A stretch of DNA of 60,880 nt from an uncultured Aquiluna sp. GTDB taxonomy: Bacteria > Actinomycetota > Actinomycetes > Actinomycetales > Microbacteriaceae. The notes below the pieces were generated by a model. That model worked only from the letters and a program-made list of their open reading frames with translations. It was not told the origin of the DNA and ran no database searches. Shown here piece after piece: positions 49,976 through 60,552 of the stretch (within the stretch, counting starts at the first letter, position 1; each line of letters begins with the position of its first letter). The stretch covers positions 1 through 60,880 of the forward strand of contig CAYXWU010000001.1 of NCBI GenBank assembly GCA_964468885.1, in the 5' to 3' direction. The translations under genes and the position numbers were made by a program.

Positions 49976-51490
49976 TCAGGCTTTGCTGCATCCTTTGCCG
50001 GCAAGCTTTTTTGCCATGGATGGAAAGACAATTCCGTGCATTGGAAACACAGCCCACCAATAAATGTGACCAAAAAGACCCTTTGGGTGATACAGAGCAC
50101 GCTGGGTTAGCAGTGTCCTTCCATCGCTTTCTTCGACTCTAAATTCAAGCCAAGCAAGTCCAGGTAATTTCATTTCAGCGCGCAATCGCAATAGGTTTGG
50201 TCTCTTGATCTCTTCAACTCGCCAAAAGTCCAATGCTTCTCCTTCGCGCAGACTGACAGGATCTCGTCTTCCTCTTCTAAGACCCACGCCTCCAACAAAG
50301 CGATCCATCAATCCTCTGAGTTCCCAAGCCCAGGTTGCGGTGGAGTAGCCATTGTCACCGCCAATGGCTTCGACTCGTTGCCACACAGTGTGCACATCAT
50401 CTTCTGAGAAATATTTCCGCTCATCGACATACAGCGAGCCACCAGCCCAATCAGGATCAGTTGGAAGAGGTTGCGAGTGCGTGCCTGGTGTCTGAGCGGA
50501 AGACCATCGCGTTTCTACCTCTAGGTTCTTTATTCTGGTTAGTGCTAGTGATACTGCTCTTCTAAAGTCAGTCATTCCATCTGGATGATCAGGGACAAAT
50601 TTTCTGATTTCGTCATTACGAGCAACCACTTCGTGTTTCAGGGATGCCACTAGTCGTTTGGCAAGTGTTACCGGAACAGGTGTAACGAGACCTATCCAGC
50701 CAGAAGCGAGTTTGGGGGTGAGCACTGGCAGAGGAATGATTATTCTCCGTCTCAGCCCAGCTACCTCAGCGTAAATCTGCATCATTTCCATGTAGGTGAA
50801 TACTTCCGGTCCACCAATGTCAAAGTCACGATTAATGCTTGAATCAATAGTTGCGCTGCCAACTAAGTAGCGAAGCACATCTCTAATGGCAATTGGTTGA
50901 ATTCGATTCTTTAGCCACTTTGGAGTGACCATGATCGGCAGACGTTCAGTCAAGTGCCTCAACATTTCAAATGAGGCAGAGCCTGCTCCAATTACAACTC
51001 CAGCCCTCAGTTCAATCGTAGGTACACCAGATGCCCTCAAGATTTCACCGGTAATAGCTCTGGCTGACATATGAGGCGATAGCTTGTCATCGGGCGATGC
51101 AATTCCGCCCAAATAGACAATCCTTCGTACGCCACGTGCCTTGGCAATTTGCCCAAACTTTCTCGCTAGCTCTTCTTCTAGCTGCTCAAAGTTCTTAGGT
51201 GCCATGAGCGCATGGAGCATGTAGTAGGCCAGATCGATGTCTTTTAGGGCTCTTGTGAGAGCGTCTTCGTCGAGAGCGTCACCTTCAATAACTTCAACTT
51301 GGTCGCGCCACGGATAATCCTGCAAGCGCTTTGCGTCTCTTACTAAAACTCGAACTCGGTAATCATGCGACAGCAGCTCACGAACCAAGCGACCACCGAC
51401 GTAACCAGTTGCACCGGTGACCAGCACTCTGGCTGGCTTGCCGTCATCGGCTAACAAGACGGGCAAATCCTGAGTTACGGTCTCAATCAT
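49976..51490 (-). CDS. YbjT-like NAD(P)-binding protein with DUF2867
   Basis: TGATGYVG, GSASFEM, GGDNGY, LRAEMKLPG. Confidence 0.9.
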   Translation of the reverse strand: MIETVTQDLPVLLADDGKPARVLVTGATGYVGGRLVRELLSHDYRVRVLVRDAKRLQDYPWRDQVEVIEGDALDEDALTRALKDIDLAYYMLHALMAPKNFEQLEEELARKFGQIAKARGVRRIVYLGGIASPDDKLSPHMSARAITGEILRASGVPTIELRAGVVIGAGSASFEMLRHLTERLPIMVTPKWLKNRIQPIAIRDVLRYLVGSATIDSSINRDFDIGGPEVFTYMEMMQIYAEVAGLRRRIIIPLPVLTPKLASGWIGLVTPVPVTLAKRLVASLKHEVVARNDEIRKFVPDHPDGMTDFRRAVSLALTRIKNLEVETRWSSAQTPGTHSQPLPTDPDWAGGSLYVDERKYFSEDDVHTVWQRVEAIGGDNGYSTATWAWELRGLMDRFVGGVGLRRGRRDPVSLREGEALDFWRVEEIKRPNLLRLRAEMKLPGLAWLEFRVEESDGRTLLTQRALYHPKGLFGHIYWWAVFPMHGIVFPSMAKKLAGKGCSKA

Positions 51491-51539
51491 GAATATCTAA
51501 ACTCGAAAGTGCCTCAATTTGTTTCAAATGAGTTGAAAT

Positions 51540-52466
51540 CTACAGAGAAATTGATACTCGCTCGAATCCTACGAATTTTGGCTTGGGACCCAGGGTAAGT
51601 CTCAGGACGACGAATTCAGCAGGAGATAAGTCAACTGAGGAGACCAGGCTGTCTCTGACTTCGCTTGTGGACCTTGAAGCTAATGTCTTCAGTATCGTCG
51701 GGAGTGCGGGTCGATGGGAACAAATCAGTGCTGACTTCTTAGATTCAAACAAATCTTCGACAACACTGATGGTTTTTCTTGGACTGAGGGCATTTGTGAG
51801 TTCCGTCAATTGTGAGCGATAAATAACAGTCTGATTTGTCGCTTTTGCGTAGGGAAGTATTGTTTGCTCGCATCTCGCCCAGGGACTTGTAATGAGTCGC
51901 TTAGGACCATATGCCGAAAGTAGTCGAACCAAACGCTTGGCCTGCTGTTTGCCTTCAGGCAGCAATGGTCTCTTTGCTTCTGCTCCCGCCCACTCATTTC
52001 TTGGTGTCGCCTTGGCATGACGCAGGAGAATGAGGGCACGTGTTTCAAGTTCAGATTTTCGGTGACGTGTAGCTACTTCTTGCAGCAACTCGCGATCATG
52101 GGGATAGGTTAACTTTTCGGCGGCATCCTCAACGCTTAACCATTTGAGTTTTGCAATCTCTTCATTTGGTGAAAAATCAGTTTTTTTCCAAGCTTTTGTC
52201 TTTATCTTGGAAGACCAATATTCGACTATCTTGTCTTCACCCGTTGATACCTTGTAATTTATTGAAGGCAACTTTCGACCAAGGCGAAGCCTTATTCCAG
52301 TTTCTTCGAACATTTCTCGTACTGCTGTTTCAGCCAATTCTTCACCAGGGTCCTGCTTACCCTTTGGGAACGACCAATCGTCATATTGAGTTCTATTTAT
52401 GAGCAGGACTTCGAGCCTGCTCTTTTGTTCGCGCCAGCAAATAACTCCGGCTGCGTAGATTGTCAT
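51540..52466 (-). CDS. mutT1: NUDIX hydrolase plus His-phosphatase domain
   Basis: Nudix box GKQDPGEELAETAVREMFEETG, LRHAKA. Confidence 0.85.
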   Translation of the reverse strand: MTIYAAGVICWREQKSRLEVLLINRTQYDDWSFPKGKQDPGEELAETAVREMFEETGIRLRLGRKLPSINYKVSTGEDKIVEYWSSKIKTKAWKKTDFSPNEEIAKLKWLSVEDAAEKLTYPHDRELLQEVATRHRKSELETRALILLRHAKATPRNEWAGAEAKRPLLPEGKQQAKRLVRLLSAYGPKRLITSPWARCEQTILPYAKATNQTVIYRSQLTELTNALSPRKTISVVEDLFESKKSALICSHRPALPTILKTLASRSTSEVRDSLVSSVDLSPAEFVVLRLTLGPKPKFVGFERVSISL

Positions 52467-54577
52467 TACCTTGAGTTCCTTTTAGCCTGCGCATAAAGCA
52501 TCATTTGTTCTTGCAGGCCAGCGAGCTGTTCACCATTAGGTCCAACCGAGTACCGTACCCAAGTTCCATCTAGCTGAAGATGCCAGGAGCTGATTTCATC
52601 GCTCATACCAAGATTCAAGATTTGTTCTAGTTGCTGTATGTGATCGGTTTGAACAATCTTCACAAGGGCCTCCACACGACGATCGAGGTTTCTATGCATC
52701 ATGTCTGCCGAACCAATGTAGACATCAGGTGAACCGTTGTTTTCGAAATAGAAAATTCTTGAGTGCTCCAGGTAACGTCCAAGAATAGACCTGACTCGAA
52801 TGCTTTCACTGAGACCCGGAATTCCAGGCTTAAGCGAGCACATGCCTCTAACAAGCACATCAACTTGTACTCCCGCTTGGGATGCTAAGTACAATTGATC
52901 GATAATTCGCTCGTCGACTAAGGAATTCAGCTTCAAGGCAATTCGAGCTTTCTTACCCTCTTTTTTGTTTTGGATTTCGCGTTGAATTCGCTCCGTAAGT
53001 CCGTCGCGAACTCCGCCAGGTGAAGTTAAGATTGACTTGTATTGAGGCTCGGATGCGTATCCGGACAAAAGATTGAAAAGTTTGGTGAGATCTTCCCCGA
53101 CTTCTTTTCTTGACGTCAGCAATCCCAGATCTTCGTAGTATCGAGCTGTTTTGGGATTGTAATTGCCTGTTCCGACATGGCAATACCTTGTTAGGTGGTC
53201 TCCCTCTTGGCGTATAACTAGAGATAGTTTGCAGTGAGTCTTTAGGCCCACTAGACCGTAAACCACATGCACTCCAGCGCTTTCAAGTTTTCTTGCCCAA
53301 CTAATGTTGTTCTGCTCGTCAAATCGTGCCTTGATTTCGACTAGAGCCAATACTTGCTTGCCGGCTTCAGCCGCTTCAATCAGGGCGTCCATAATTGGCG
53401 AGTCTCCGGATGTCCGATACAAAGTTTGCTTTATGGCCAAGACTTGAGGATCTTGTGCTGCTTGTTCCAGAAAAGCTTGAACGCTGGTGGCAAAAGACTC
53501 ATATGGGTGGTGCACCAAAACTTCACGCTCACGCAAAGCGGCAAAGATGTCAGCCGCCTCGTCCTCATCAGCCTCCAGGTAGGGATTCGTTGTGATTTGA
53601 TGTGGTTCAAACTTAAGTTCGGGACGCTTGAGTCGATAGAAGGAATTCAGACTACGAAGGTCGAGGGGCTCTGGCAGGGGGTAGACATCACTGTTCTCCA
53701 CATCCAACTCTCGCTTTAGCAGGCTCAGAACTTTTGTATTTATATCCTCCGCAACTTCGAGACGCACAGGCGGGCCAAAGCGCCTCCTTAGCAGTTCTTT
53801 TTCGAGCTGAATAAGAAGATTTTCACCTTCCTCTTCATCCACCTCTAGGTCTTCATTTCGAGTAACTCGAAATGTGTGATGTTCGACCACTTCCATACCA
53901 GGGAAAAGCTCAGCAAGGTACTCGCCCATGATTTCTTCAATAGGAACAAATTGAAATGATGAATTCGGCACTGGAACGAATCTTGGCAATAGGGGAGGCA
54001 CTTTCACTCTTGCGAAGTGCTGGCCGCCTGTCTTGGGATTCTTTAGAACGACAGCAAGGTTAAGCGATAAGCCTGAGATGTATGGAAATGGGTGCGCTGG
54101 GTCCACTGCAAGAGGAGTGAGCACAGGAAAGACTTGTAGGACAAAATATTCGTGGAGCAACTCCTTTTCTTCTGGCTTCAAAGAAGAAAAATGAACTAAG
54201 TGAATATTGGTATCGGCTAACAGTGTTGTTAGCTCGTCTCTAAACAACTTGGCATGACGCTCTTGCAGAATCCTTGTTCGCTCAGAAATTCGCTGTAAAA
54301 CCTCCTGGGGACTCATTCCAGAAGGAGAAGTGACGGCGATTCCAGTAGCTATTCTCCGCTTCAGGGAGGCAACTCTAACCATGAAAAATTCGTCAAGGTT
54401 AGAGGCAAAAATGGAAGCAAAATTTACTCTTTCAAGAAGAGGAATATTTCGATCTTCTGCGAGCTCAAGCACCCGCTGGTTAAAATCCAGCCAGCTGAGT
54501 TCTCTCTCAATAAACCTGTCGTCCGGCAAGTCTGGATTGATGGCCGGCGTGAAGATAGTCGTTGTCTCGTCAGCCAT
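52466..54577 (-). CDS. ppk1: Polyphosphate kinase 1
   Basis: [32 protein letters not shown]. Confidence 0.97.
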   Translation of the reverse strand: MADETTTIFTPAINPDLPDDRFIERELSWLDFNQRVLELAEDRNIPLLERVNFASIFASNLDEFFMVRVASLKRRIATGIAVTSPSGMSPQEVLQRISERTRILQERHAKLFRDELTTLLADTNIHLVHFSSLKPEEKELLHEYFVLQVFPVLTPLAVDPAHPFPYISGLSLNLAVVLKNPKTGGQHFARVKVPPLLPRFVPVPNSSFQFVPIEEIMGEYLAELFPGMEVVEHHTFRVTRNEDLEVDEEEGENLLIQLEKELLRRRFGPPVRLEVAEDINTKVLSLLKRELDVENSDVYPLPEPLDLRSLNSFYRLKRPELKFEPHQITTNPYLEADEDEAADIFAALREREVLVHHPYESFATSVQAFLEQAAQDPQVLAIKQTLYRTSGDSPIMDALIEAAEAGKQVLALVEIKARFDEQNNISWARKLESAGVHVVYGLVGLKTHCKLSLVIRQEGDHLTRYCHVGTGNYNPKTARYYEDLGLLTSRKEVGEDLTKLFNLLSGYASEPQYKSILTSPGGVRDGLTERIQREIQNKKEGKKARIALKLNSLVDERIIDQLYLASQAGVQVDVLVRGMCSLKPGIPGLSESIRVRSILGRYLEHSRIFYFENNGSPDVYIGSADMMHRNLDRRVEALVKIVQTDHIQQLEQILNLGMSDEISSWHLQLDGTWVRYSVGPNGEQLAGLQEQMMLYAQAKRNSR

Positions 54578-54617
54578 GGTGATATCTTCCCACTATTTAG
54601 AATGCAAACAAAAGAAA

Positions 54618-55277
54618 TTAATCTTGTGAATTCCCCGTTGTATCTAGACGGTAACCCACATTTCGAACAGTCCCAATGAGTCCTTCAAATTCGCCAAGCT
54701 TTGATCGCAACCTTCGAATGTGAACGTCTACGGTTCTGGTTCCCCCAAAGTAGTCGTATCCCCAAACTTCGCTCAATAGTTGCTCACGACTAAACACCTG
54801 ATTTGGGTGGTCGCTGAGAAAACGCAGCAATTCGAACTCTTTAAAAGTTAAATCTAAGGCTTTGCCATTTATTTTTGCCGTAAAAGTTCCAACATCAATT
54901 ACCAGTCCACTCGCATCATCCCTCGCGGAGCTTCTCTCTCCAGGCTTGCTCAGGAGGCGGATCCTTGCGTCAACTTCCGCAAGGGATGCACCTTCCAAAA
55001 TAAAGTCCTGACCTCCCCAATCACTGCTGACGGCGGGAAGTCCGCTTTCGGAAATTACCAATAACAGCGAGGTTTGCCAATTGGCAGCATGCAGAATTCG
55101 CGCAACCGCTCTTGCTTCAACCAAGTTTCTTCGGCAATCCAAAATCACCATATCGTGGCGAGGGGCACGAGCCAGCGACTGTGGTTCAAAGTCGATTAGA
55201 TATAGCTGATGCCCCAATAAATCCAGGGGCGGAAGCGGGTTTTCGCGCTGGGGGGAGATACAAAGTATTGATGCCAT
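54618..55277 (-). CDS. glnR: GlnR-like orphan OmpR-family regulator
   Basis: WGYDYFGGTRTVDVHIRRLRSKLG wHTH, atypical receiver; near FABP/ygfZ genes. Confidence 0.72.
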   Translation of the reverse strand: MASILCISPQRENPLPPLDLLGHQLYLIDFEPQSLARAPRHDMVILDCRRNLVEARAVARILHAANWQTSLLLVISESGLPAVSSDWGGQDFILEGASLAEVDARIRLLSKPGERSSARDDASGLVIDVGTFTAKINGKALDLTFKEFELLRFLSDHPNQVFSREQLLSEVWGYDYFGGTRTVDVHIRRLRSKLGEFEGLIGTVRNVGYRLDTTGNSQD

Positions 55278-55340
55278 GGCCCACCTTACGCTTGGCAAAA
55301 TGATAGTGGCATCACCAAAGTCGTTGGATAGAGTCTTGGC

Positions 55341-55595
55341 ATGAGCAATCAGTGGTTTCAGATCAGCGCCATTTGGGCAGGGGTTTTTGTCGCTGGCCTA
55401 CTCGCCTATTTGAACCTCACAGGCGATTCGCGATTCGCGGCTTTTGGCGCTATAGCGGCTAGTGCGATTGCACTCGTGAGCCTTGAGCACCTGATTTCAT
55501 CAAAATCCAAGGACACCGTTAGACAACAGATCTATGTTTCGGCGGGCACCATCTTATTGCTAGGCCTGTTCACGGGCCTCAGCTTGATTAGTTAG
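55341..55595 (+). CDS. Hypothetical membrane protein
   Basis: 3 TM helices; TAGAGT -10 six nt before ATG. Confidence 0.65.
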   Translation: MSNQWFQISAIWAGVFVAGLLAYLNLTGDSRFAAFGAIAASAIALVSLEHLISSKSKDTVRQQIYVSAGTILLLGLFTGLSLIS

Positions 55596-55604
55596 ACTTA
55601 TTCC

Positions 55605-55715
55605 ATGTTGCTAGCCATAGAACTTGTATTCACTGGACTTTTGATTCTTGCATCTCTAGCAATAGCCGGCGTCTCTGCGCTGGTCCTATACAAGCTCTTT
55701 AAGGGGCAACGTTAA
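55605..55715 (+). CDS. Small membrane protein (36 aa)
   Basis: MLLAIELVFTGLLILASLAIAGVSALVLYKLFKGQR; TAGACT -10 six nt before ATG; ends 1 nt before the FABP gene; below ORF-track cutoff. Confidence 0.75.
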   Translation: MLLAIELVFTGLLILASLAIAGVSALVLYKLFKGQR

Positions 55716-55716
55716 G

Positions 55717-56301
55717 TTGTTCGTCCTACCGGATGATTTACCCATTGAACTAACTCCATTTGCATTCTTGATTGGCAATTGGAAAGGCTCAGGCGTCGTT
55801 TCTTATTCCGGTTCTGGAGAAAGTGAATTTCTTCAAACTATAAAGTTTGCACCAGTTGCCGGCGGAAAACTTCAGTATGAGTCATGGGTTACCGACACCG
55901 CGGGCAAACCGATTTCCTCAGAACATGGTTATTGGATGCTCTCTAGACCCAATGACCAATCCGATGCTGGACCTGGTCTTTTGCCTGGACGTGGTGAGAG
56001 TGCAATTACGGTTCGAGAGGATCTTGAACTTTGGAGAAATCAAGCTGGTGGTTTTGACATTGAAGCGTTAATCATTCAGCCTACTGGTGTTGCTGAACTA
56101 TATTTTGGTCAAATCAAGGGTGCCAGAATCGACATTGCAACAGATGCTGTCCTTCGTTCTCCAAATGCCAAAGAGTATGCATCTGGCCAAAGGATGTGGG
56201 GTTTGGTTGAGGGCGCTTTGCTGTGGGCATGGGACATGGCAGCTCTTGGTAATCCATTGAAGTCCCACGCGTCAGCCAGGCTGGTTCGCCAAGATGCCTG
56301 A
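55717..56301 (+). CDS. FABP-like/nitrobindin (DUF1794) protein
   Basis: LIGNWKGSG, EHGYW, LLWAWDMAA, C-terminal HASARL. Confidence 0.85.
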   Translation: MFVLPDDLPIELTPFAFLIGNWKGSGVVSYSGSGESEFLQTIKFAPVAGGKLQYESWVTDTAGKPISSEHGYWMLSRPNDQSDAGPGLLPGRGESAITVREDLELWRNQAGGFDIEALIIQPTGVAELYFGQIKGARIDIATDAVLRSPNAKEYASGQRMWGLVEGALLWAWDMAALGNPLKSHASARLVRQDA

Positions 56302-57259
56302 ACATTTTGGGAATCCCTTGCTTGAGCAGAGAAAACTGCTTACTGGCGAAGCATTCGTTGAGAGATTAGACCAGTCTGTCATTTTGGTTAGCGGAGAAGA
56401 ATCTAAGAATTGGCTTCACTCACTCCTGACCCAAGACATATTGAATCTTGGAACCGGGGAATCCGCGGAGGCTTTGCTGCTTAGTCCACAGGGCCACATT
56501 GAGCATCAGCTAAAGATTCTGATAGAGGGCAACGATGTCTTTATTGCTCTTCAGAGTTCAAAAGTCGATGCTTTCGTTTCTTGGCTTGAAAAAATGAAAT
56601 TTCGAAGCAAGGTCAAGATTGAAAAAACAAACCTCAAGTCCTTTGGAATGTTTGGTGAATCCGAAACTGTCGCGTGGCGAGATCCATTCTCGATTGAGCG
56701 TTCAACTTCAGTCAGCTATAACCCAAATCGGGCAAAATTCAATTACTTTGAAATATTTTCTGAAATGGCGCCAAGCCGAGAACCAGCTGGTCTCATGGCG
56801 CTCCGCGCACTTAGGGTTGCCGCTGGTCGGCCAGACATTGTTGATGTCGATGAAAAGTCGCTTCCCCATGAATTTGATTGGCTGCTTTCCGCAGTTCATT
56901 TGAGCAAGGGTTGCTATCGCGGGCAAGAAGCTGTTGCAAAAATTCATAACCTTGGTCATCCACCTCGTCGGATAACTTTGTTGAATTTAGAAACTGGCGA
57001 CGACTTGGCAGCTGTCGGGGACCAAGTCTTCTATCAAGACAAGGAGGTGGGAAAAGTAGTTGCATCTGCGCTCCACTTTGAGCTGGGCTCGATTGCTTTG
57101 GCTCTGGTTGCTCGGAATACTCCATATCTTGACTTGCTCGTTGAAGTTAGTGGCAGAAAAGTTTCTGCCTCGCAGCAAGTACTAGTGCCAGCTGATGCGG
57201 GAAAGGCAGCAAACCTTCCGCGACCAAGCTCCTTCAAACTTTCGGGCAGAAGTAACTAA
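56294..57259 (+). CDS. ygfZ: Folate-binding protein YgfZ
   Basis: KGCYRGQE signature, GHPPRR. Confidence 0.92.
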   Translation: MPEHFGNPLLEQRKLLTGEAFVERLDQSVILVSGEESKNWLHSLLTQDILNLGTGESAEALLLSPQGHIEHQLKILIEGNDVFIALQSSKVDAFVSWLEKMKFRSKVKIEKTNLKSFGMFGESETVAWRDPFSIERSTSVSYNPNRAKFNYFEIFSEMAPSREPAGLMALRALRVAAGRPDIVDVDEKSLPHEFDWLLSAVHLSKGCYRGQEAVAKIHNLGHPPRRITLLNLETGDDLAAVGDQVFYQDKEVGKVVASALHFELGSIALALVARNTPYLDLLVEVSGRKVSASQQVLVPADAGKAANLPRPSSFKLSGRSN

Positions 57260-57280
57260 GGGCTTTACTAAGCTGAAGCC

Positions 57281-58027
57281 ATGACCTATCACCTAATTCT
57301 TCTAAGGCACGGCAATTCAGTTTGGAATCAAAAGAATCTCTTCACTGGATGGGTTGATGTTGACCTAACTGACCAAGGTAGAGCAGAAGCGAAACGTGCG
57401 GGAGAGCTCTTGGGAGAGTCGGGTCTAAAACCAGATGTGCTTTTCACTTCCGTGCTAAAAAGGGCAATCAACACAGCTCACATTGCACTTGATCAGATTG
57501 ATAGAAACTGGATTCCGACCTATAGATCCTGGCGCCTGAATGAGCGCCACTACGGGGCACTGCAGGGCCTAGACAAAGCAGAGACTTTGGAGAAGTACGG
57601 TGACGAACAGTTTCAACTTTGGCGAAGGAGTTACGACACCCCACCGCCACCAATTTCCGACGATGCCGAGTATTCGCAGTTTGGCGACGATCGCTACAAA
57701 GACCTAGGCAACCAGCTGCCTCGAACCGAATGTCTAAGAGATGTCCTAGAGCGCATGTTGCCTTATTGGCACTCCGATATCTCTGGCCAGCTGAAGCAGT
57801 CCAAGACAGTTCTGATCACCGCTCACGGAAATTCACTTAGAGCTTTAGTAAAGCATCTCGATGGAATTAGTGATGCTGGCATTGCTGAGCTGAATATTCC
57901 TACTGGAATTCCGCTTCACTATAAGCTCAATGAGCAATTGAAGCCAGAAAATCCTGGCGGTGAATATCTCGATCCAGACGCTGCCGCTGCTGGTGCAGCC
58001 GCTGTTGCTAATCAGGGAAAGAAGTAA
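57281..58027 (+). CDS. gpmA: 2,3-BPG-dependent phosphoglycerate mutase
   Basis: [23 protein letters not shown]. Confidence 0.96.
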   Translation: MTYHLILLRHGNSVWNQKNLFTGWVDVDLTDQGRAEAKRAGELLGESGLKPDVLFTSVLKRAINTAHIALDQIDRNWIPTYRSWRLNERHYGALQGLDKAETLEKYGDEQFQLWRRSYDTPPPPISDDAEYSQFGDDRYKDLGNQLPRTECLRDVLERMLPYWHSDISGQLKQSKTVLITAHGNSLRALVKHLDGISDAGIAELNIPTGIPLHYKLNEQLKPENPGGEYLDPDAAAAGAAAVANQGKK

Positions 58028-58666
58028 TTACCACTCACCGGTCTGCAAGAAGCTGACCTTAGAACTGATGTCTACAACGTGGTCAGCAAATCGTTCGAAG
58101 TAGCGAGAGGCTAGAGTTACATCAACGGTATACATTGCGTTCTCAGACCATGTTGGCGCTAAGACAACTTCAAAGACTTTCCTGTGAAGCAAGTCGACGG
58201 CTTCATCCCGTGCTTGGATTTCTCTAGCGAGATCCACATCTGGATTTCCAAGCAGGTCAATGGCTTTGTCCGCCAATTCAAGATCAATTTTCGCCATTTC
58301 TGTAAAAGTTGATCTCAAAGAATCTGGAATTGCACTTCCCGGGAATCGGTAACGCGCAATCGCTGCGACGTGGGATGCAAGCGCACCCATTCGCTCCAGT
58401 GAAGCACTTATCCTTAGAGCTGAGACGAGGATGCGAAGATCTCTGGCGACTGGAGACTGAATCGCCAGGATCTTAATCACGAGCTCATCGAGATCGAGAG
58501 CCTTTCGTTCGTTACTGTCGGCCAATGCCAGTGCTTCGTCAGCTAATGCGACGTCTGATTCTAGGAAGGCACTGGATCCCTTCTTCATGATTACTTTGGC
58601 ACCCTTGGCTAGTTCGATTAGCCTCACTTGCACTTCTTGAAGGTCATGCTCGAATAACTTGCGCAT
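58028..58666 (-). CDS. phoU: Phosphate signalling protein PhoU
   Basis: QSPVARDLR, LERMG, RYFERFADH. Confidence 0.94.
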   Translation of the reverse strand: MRKLFEHDLQEVQVRLIELAKGAKVIMKKGSSAFLESDVALADEALALADSNERKALDLDELVIKILAIQSPVARDLRILVSALRISASLERMGALASHVAAIARYRFPGSAIPDSLRSTFTEMAKIDLELADKAIDLLGNPDVDLAREIQARDEAVDLLHRKVFEVVLAPTWSENAMYTVDVTLASRYFERFADHVVDISSKVSFLQTGEW

Positions 58667-58816
58667 CTTTCCTCGTTCCTAGACTGTTGAAGCAAAGCAA
58701 TCCCAGGCAAACTTTGGCTAAATTTCAGCCAAACCCAGTCAAAACTTGACCTCTAGACCATCAATTTACTCCTAGCCTTGAGTCAGTAACGAGTTAACTA
58801 GGTAAACGAGGAACGA

Positions 58817-59875
58817 ATGGGGCTCTTTTCAGCCAAGGCCAGGCCAGTCCAACCCAGCCAGTCAGAAGTAGCTGAAAACCTGGCTGCGCAGCTGATTGAT
58901 GTCATCGCTAGTGCGGGAGTATTACTCGACTCCAGGAATCGAATAATTCGAACTTCTCCTGGTGCAGTTCAGCTGGGAATAGTCCAGAACAATCGCCTTG
59001 TCCATGCGAGTCTCATTCAATTGATTGCAAAAGCTAGAAATAGCAACAGCGCGGCAGAACTTGAGGACGAACTTGAAACGGGACTCAATAAAGATCAAAC
59101 TTGGATACATGCGAAAGCCGTGAAGTTTGGCGATGACTACGTGATTTTGCTTGTCGATGATTTGACAGAGTCGCGTAAATTGGAAGAAACCAGGCGGGAC
59201 TTTGTTGCCAACGTTTCACATGAATTAAAAACGCCGATTGGTGCAATTAGCTTGCTTACAGAGGCGATAATGGGCGCAACTGATGACCCGGTCGCAGTCT
59301 TGAAATTTGCCGAATCCCTGCAAAAGGAATCACATCGGCTCGCGAATATTGTTCAGGAACTAATTCAACTATCCCGCGTTCAAGCTGCAAAGATGTCTGA
59401 AACAAGTGACCTTCTAGACCTCAATACCGTGATTGCAGATGCTGTTGACCGCAACCAACTACTTGCAGCACAAAACAACATCAAGTTAGCCACTAGCTCC
59501 GAAGGACCAGTTAAAGTTTCGGGTGACTACGAGATGCTTGTGACAGCAATTAGAAACCTAATCGAAAATGCAATTCTTTACTCAGAACCGGGGGGACAGG
59601 TTGGTGTCGGCCTTCGAGTTGTTGAAGATGTCGCTGAAATCTCAGTGACTGATTCAGGAATTGGAATTCCTGAAAGTGAGCAGGAAAGAATCTTTGAGCG
59701 TTTTTACAGAGTCGACCCTTCGCGTTCTCGACAAACGGGAGGTACGGGCCTCGGACTTGCAATTGTGAAACACGCGGCATCTCAACATAAAGGCGAGATC
59801 AAGTTGTTCTCAAAAGTGGGAGTCGGTTCGACTTTCACCCTTCGCATACCAATAAACACAAGTGAGGAAAAATGA
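58817..59875 (+). CDS. senX3: Sensor histidine kinase SenX3/PhoR-like
   Basis: FVANVSHELKTP, NLIENA, DSGIGI, FYRVD, GTGLGL; next to phoU and regX3. Confidence 0.88.
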   Translation: MGLFSAKARPVQPSQSEVAENLAAQLIDVIASAGVLLDSRNRIIRTSPGAVQLGIVQNNRLVHASLIQLIAKARNSNSAAELEDELETGLNKDQTWIHAKAVKFGDDYVILLVDDLTESRKLEETRRDFVANVSHELKTPIGAISLLTEAIMGATDDPVAVLKFAESLQKESHRLANIVQELIQLSRVQAAKMSETSDLLDLNTVIADAVDRNQLLAAQNNIKLATSSEGPVKVSGDYEMLVTAIRNLIENAILYSEPGGQVGVGLRVVEDVAEISVTDSGIGIPESEQERIFERFYRVDPSRSRQTGGTGLGLAIVKHAASQHKGEIKLFSKVGVGSTFTLRIPINTSEEK

Positions 59876-60552
59876 CGCTAGTTCTTGTGGTAGAGGATGA
59901 GCCAAACCTTCGGGAACCTCTTGTATACCTTCTAGAGAAAGAGGGATATGAAGTAATCGAGGCAGAGGATGGCAATCAGGCAGTTGACGTCTTTCGACGA
60001 AAAAATCCTGACCTAGTTCTTTTAGACCTGATGCTTCCGGGAATGTCGGGAAACGAGGTATGCCGACTGATTCGGCAAGAGAGTCAAGTTCCAATCATTA
60101 TGATCACCGCTAAGGACACCGAGATTGACAAAGTCGTTGGTCTTGAAATAGGCGCAGACGATTACATAACTAAGCCATACTCAACTCGAGAGTTATTGGC
60201 TCGCATGAAAGCCGTGCTTCGTCGCGGGTCCGAACCTGTTGCATCGGACACTGGAATCCTGAAAGCCGGACCAGTTGTAATGGATTTGGATCGCCACACA
60301 GTGTCTGTAAATGGTGAACCTATTCAGATGCCGCTAAAGGAATTTGAGCTTCTAGAGTTGCTGATTGAAAACGTCAATCGAGTGTTGACTAGAGGTCAAA
60401 TTATTGATCGAGTGTGGGGAAGCAATTACTTCGGTGATACCAAAACCCTAGACGTTCACGTAAAACGCGTGAGATCAAAGATTGAAGAAGACCCTTCAAG
60501 ACCTCGTCACCTAATTACAGTTCGCGGTCTTGGCTATAAATTTGAGGCTTAA
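59872..60552 (+). CDS. regX3: Response regulator RegX3
   Basis: EDE, DLMLPG, KPYS, YFGDTKTLDVHVKR. Confidence 0.9.
   Translation: MTLVLVVEDEPNLREPLVYLLEKEGYEVIEAEDGNQAVDVFRRKNPDLVLLDLMLPGMSGNEVCRLIRQESQVPIIMITAKDTEIDKVVGLEIGADDYITKPYSTRELLARMKAVLRRGSEPVASDTGILKAGPVVMDLDRHTVSVNGEPIQMPLKEFELLELLIENVNRVLTRGQIIDRVWGSNYFGDTKTLDVHVKRVRSKIEEDPSRPRHLITVRGLGYKFEA

Noticed and set aside
58713-58807. PHO/RegX3 box in the phoU-senX3 spacer (TTTGGCT/AGCCAAA inverted repeat; GTTAAC and GTAAAC)
   Set aside because: Hexamers are 9 rather than 11 nt apart and the inverted repeat is short; not callable.
378-60094. Numerous 60-177 aa antisense or alternate-frame ORFs in the track
   Set aside because: All lie within well-supported genes and show no motifs; treated as shadow ORFs.
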